Assembly: GCF_024521635.1 (NCBI RefSeq)
Contig: NW_026250430.1
Coordinates: 248,001 to 312,000, forward strand
From: Tricharina praecox
Lineage: Eukaryota
Reading direction: 5' to 3'
Length of the DNA: 64,000 nucleotides
A program made the position numbers and the translations under genes. Within the stretch, counting starts at the first letter, position 1. The number at the start of each line of letters is the position of its first letter. The notes under the pieces were generated by a model. The model was not told where the DNA came from. It was given only the letters and a program-made list of their open reading frames with translations, and ran no database searches. This document shows positions 59,971-64,000 of this stretch, in pieces.

Positions 59971-62711
59971 AATCCGGTCGGATCGAGATCCGAGGTTTTG
60001 CGAAAGTCTTCCTCCCCCTGAAATGGATGCTCGCATCGGCGACTGTTCGACGTTACAGTACTCCTTTCGGCCTTTGATTCTCGGGTTTTCTTTGCGGACG
60101 CTGAAACTTTCGGTTTGTTTCGGGTTTTTGGTGGCGAGCGGCGGATTCCGGGCGGCGGCGAGCAGGAGATCGGCGGCTTTAGGTGAAAGGGGTGGCCGAT
60201 AGAGGGAACAGAAGGAGCATCGGGAATTGTGTAGAGGGTTGGTGGTGGTAATGTGGGGAGTGGTTTTTTTTTGGCGGTCGATCGGGGCGATCAAAGCGGG
60301 GCGACGTAGAAATCAAACCAACACGGGCGGCAGTGGTGGATGAGTGCGGTGGAAAGCGGAGTCGGAGTGGCAGCTCAGGTTCTCCGGATAGTCTCAATTT
60401 GCTTTTTTTCTTTCTTTCTTCCGAGCGAGCATGAGCGAGCATGTGTACGGGAATATGCAGTGGGATGGCGAGTAGAAGTCTAGAAGGGGCGGTGATGAAG
60501 ACAGAGGCCGGCCCAATGGGAGGTTTTATGCGCATACATACGCAGCATGGAGGACGCGACATAATTGGGATTGTGCACACGACGGCGTGTGGCGGTTATT
60601 TAGGGATAGTCTTGTTCCGGTGGTTTTATTCGCAGGAGTATGTAATGTACATCGATATTGTACGTTAAACGAGGGCGGGCATGATACATGTTTCTTTTGT
60701 GAACGCATGCCGCCCCCATTTGCGCTGTCATTGGACGGGAGGATGCGAGTACCCAACCGTTTCATGCGGGCGGCTGCTGCTACCGCCGCCTCCTTCATGA
60801 GGCAGGCTCCAAGGACGGTGGAAGATCCACCCATGAGATAGCTTCACACCCATGGCGGGGCTAACTAGGGGGTTGCCCCTGCCGACCGATGACTTCCCTT
60901 CGGTTCGCGAATCGCTGCTCCCCGAGAAGTGTGCCGTAAATTACTTCACTGTTGAGGGATGCTCGGTCATCGTCCAGATGTGTCCCTCTCTCCCTCCCTA
61001 GTTACTCCCCTCCTTACCCTGGAGCCTTCTATACCAGCCTCTCCCATCCAAACCCCCGCATCCTTCGCCGTACTAACTAGTCTCGATCTTTTACTGGCCC
61101 TCCAGGACACCCCATTCCGCCGAGACCGCGCCCTCATCTGTAGGTCCTCCCTCCCCAACCATGTTTTCCGGACCGCCAGGTAGCGCGCTGGCGAGTATAG
61201 CGTGTGTTTATCCGCGTGCTCGTGGAGGGCGCGCAGAAGAGCTCGGCTATGGGGGCGCGGTAAGCTGTGTCGACGGTAGCGCGTAACTCCAAGATGGTCG
61301 TCGTTTTGCCGTTCTGGAGGAGAGTCCGAGAGGGGGGGGGGTAGATGCCTGGAAGTGAGAAGGGGCTGCTATAATTAAGAGTGGAGGTAGATTATTGCAG
61401 GTACCTTATAGGTAAGTGCTTCTTACGATGGTGTTGGTGACTGCAGTGAGGGGTGCTTGCGGTTGCGTTAAGCTCGGGATCCTTCCCTCAGCCCTGTAGG
61501 AAGTGCACTATCTAACTAAGTGGGAACTGCACTATGTAGAGCCGAGGATGGGCGCTTCCGTCTAGGAAGCGCCTGTTGAATGAAGCGCAGAGGTCGAATT
61601 CACGGAAGCAATAGAGATTGAGATTGAGATTAATACAAACGATGCTGGTGTTGTGTACTGTTCAACAGTATGTTCTTACAGATCCCCTACATTTCCGGCG
61701 CTTGTAACTTTGTTACAGTGCATGAAGTTGGCCAAATCTGGACCGGCGTAGATAGGTTGGCAACGAGTGATATCAAAAGCAGATGAATCGATTCCGTAGA
61801 TGGAGCAACGTGTGTTAGTATGTAGAAACCTCCCTACTAATACATATCCAACAAAGTAAATTCCCACATCCATCCTCCCGAAGTTTTTTCCAAAAATTTG
61901 ACATAGAAAATCAGGTTACAATCCTCACAAGACCAGCTGCTCAATGGTGCCCCCTATGATTACTTTTAAACCCGTGTGCACTTACGTAGCTCGAACCGAT
62001 AACCCACACATTACCACCACTTGCCGCAACCAGACTAATTGAGACGGTGAGACATGTGGTTGTGTAGACGCATTGACGCCTTCAAATCTGGATTCATGCA
62101 CTGCAACAAATTTATAACCGCCCGGACATGTAGGGGATGTTACATACGAGGAAGCAACGAATCACGATGATACAAAAGAATGCCGCTACACCAAAAATGT
62201 CCAGATCTCCCACAACCATAGCGGCTACTACCGGTATTCTGTCGGCAGTGCGCCAATTCACATACCGTTCCCACATTCTTCACGGCAAAACAAGCACGCT
62301 CGACTCAAGCCCCGTTGCTTTGCTCGGCCTCCGCTCGAGCTCGTTGCGCAGCTTGAATCCTTGCGGCCCCCCGCCGTACCCCGTGGTTGTCATATGTACA
62401 TGCCACCAGTATTGTCGCCTGATCCACCTACTCACCGAGTGACTGGTAGACGAAGCCATTCCCTCCTTGACCTCATATCCAGGTGTTTCAGTCATGTGGG
62501 CGCGAGCATCTACCTACTCGATGCGGCCGAGGGTTGTGTAGAGTATCTAGAGCATGAACATGTTTTAGATATACCGAACCGGAATAGCGCAGCTTTGTCG
62601 CCACCACAGCGCGTACGAGTAACCAGACTCGAGCAGAGTATTCCTGCTTGCCACCGCAAGGAAATGGACAGGAAGCGCCAGTGCGGGGAATACCCGTTTC
62701 CCTCAAAACCG

Positions 62712-62720
62712 TATATAAAA
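62712..62720 (+). promoter_or_regulatory. TATA box upstream of hydrolase copy 2
   Basis: TATATAAAA about 130 nt before the ATG at 62844. Confidence 0.5.
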
Positions 62721-62843
62721 ACCTCCATCCTGCACCGCAGGGAAATTCACTCTCCCTAAGGTTCCCAACAACTATTACTACTTGCCATTTCACCAACTTT
62801 TCAAACTCAAACCCTACGCCAGACTTCCCCCAATCCCGTTTAG

Positions 62844-64000
62844 ATGCAGAAATCCAAAGGTTCCGTGGCTCCGGTCAAAGCAGCTCCCAGTTCTGGGCCC
62901 CCCATTCCCGCTCGAACCCTCCGAATCCCCAATATCCCACCGTCTGTCACCGAGCAGGATTTCAGGAAGTATTTGGGAGGAATACTTGGATACCCCGACT
63001 TCATGCTCTCGTATGTCCCCGATGAGACCAACATAACAGCCACTATTACTCCCACCAAGGGAGAACCCGCAAGCCTTGCAAGATGCATTCCGGGAAAAGA
63101 GATCGACCTGCCCTACCCCGGTACCAAGCACGGCCTATTGGTTGACTGTGACTTTTTCGGACTGACGCCGCTATACACTGCCAAGGAGCCCACGGTAGAG
63201 TAATGCACACTGTAGCAGCTCGACATGGTGGAAGTTTCCAGAAAGCTAACGGGATTTTTAGCATCGTCGTCGTCACGGGCCTTGCTGGCAACGCATATGG
63301 GTCTTGGGGATCACGCAGCCCACCCCAGATGTGGGTACGGGACTTTTTGCCATCGGATCTACGAGAGCGAGGGTGCCAGGTTAGGATTCTCACCTTTGGC
63401 TACGACACTGCTTTCCGTGATAAGACCATCACCCCCACCGTCCAGATCTTTGGGAGATGGCTTATGGAAAGTCTTAGCCGTCTACGCCCGGAAGGAAATG
63501 TATGTGTTCATGTGTAGAAGTTGTGCTGTCAACTCTGGTTAACATACAACGGCAGGCATCATCACGCCGTCCGATAATCTTCATGGGCCACAGCCTCGGT
63601 GGGTTGGTTATCAAACACGTACGCAATGCTCTTCTCTCCGTGTGTACTCTTCAAGATGCTAATTATCCACAGGCACTCGCGGATGCATCTCGGCCAGAAA
63701 GTCTCAAGAGCGAAAAGGCTATCTTGAGCTCGAGTGTTGGTCTCTTTTTCTTCGGAGTACCTAACCAAGGACTGGATGTTCAAAATTTCAGGACTTTGGT
63801 AGAGGACCAGAAGAACGCAAGATTCATCGAGAGCCTGGCAACAGGCTCAGAATCCTTAAGGGTTATCCATGACTCTTTCGTTCGAGGGGTTAACGTTGAG
63901 CTCAAGGGTTGTCAGATCTTCTCGTTCTACGAAAAAAAAGACACTCAAGCCGTGGTCATCAAACCGGATGGAACTTGGTCGCGAACGGGAAACATGATAC
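62844..64000 (+). CDS. Paralogous SesB-like hydrolase (copy 2), truncated by the window end; introns 63200-63261, 63500-63555, 63619-63672
   Basis: Colinear with copy 1 (ARTLRI, VDCDF.G.TPLY, MWVRDFLP, GHSLGGLVIK, FFFGVPN), same intron positions, open to 64000. Confidence 0.85.

Noticed and set aside
1..64000. tRNA or rRNA genes
   Set aside because: No tRNA cloverleaf with A/B boxes or rRNA-like sequence recognised; tRNAscan-SE and Rfam scans would be needed to exclude them fully.

Overview
Eukaryotic DNA from a filamentous ascomycete (short GT-AG introns with CTRAY branch points, fungal gene families; a Pezizomycete origin is only a guess). Most ORFs in the supplied track are spurious; I rebuilt spliced gene models by hand. 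The left 26 kb is gene-poor and microsatellite-rich, with two divergently transcribed Myb/SANT-type genes about 13 kb apart. These are followed by a 15-exon dihydroxy-acid dehydratase with no obvious presequence, an alpha/beta-hydrolase + CX5R phosphatase fusion, RPS19, COX4, a CPD photolyase, an orphan ORF, a cNMP-binding/F-box/LRR protein, an NADP-dependent MDR oxidoreductase and a small protein with a probable GC-AG intron. The right end holds a tandemly duplicated fungal NLR-like locus (SesB-like hydrolase, NB-ARC, TPR). Copy 1 has clean splice sites and motifs but four in-frame stops and a possible PP/RHIM-like amyloid motif; copy 2 runs off the window. Best candidates for something new: this NLR locus, a multi-branch RNA structure in a 3'-UTR intron of RPS19, and a hairpin-rich 1-kb intron in the dehydratase gene.
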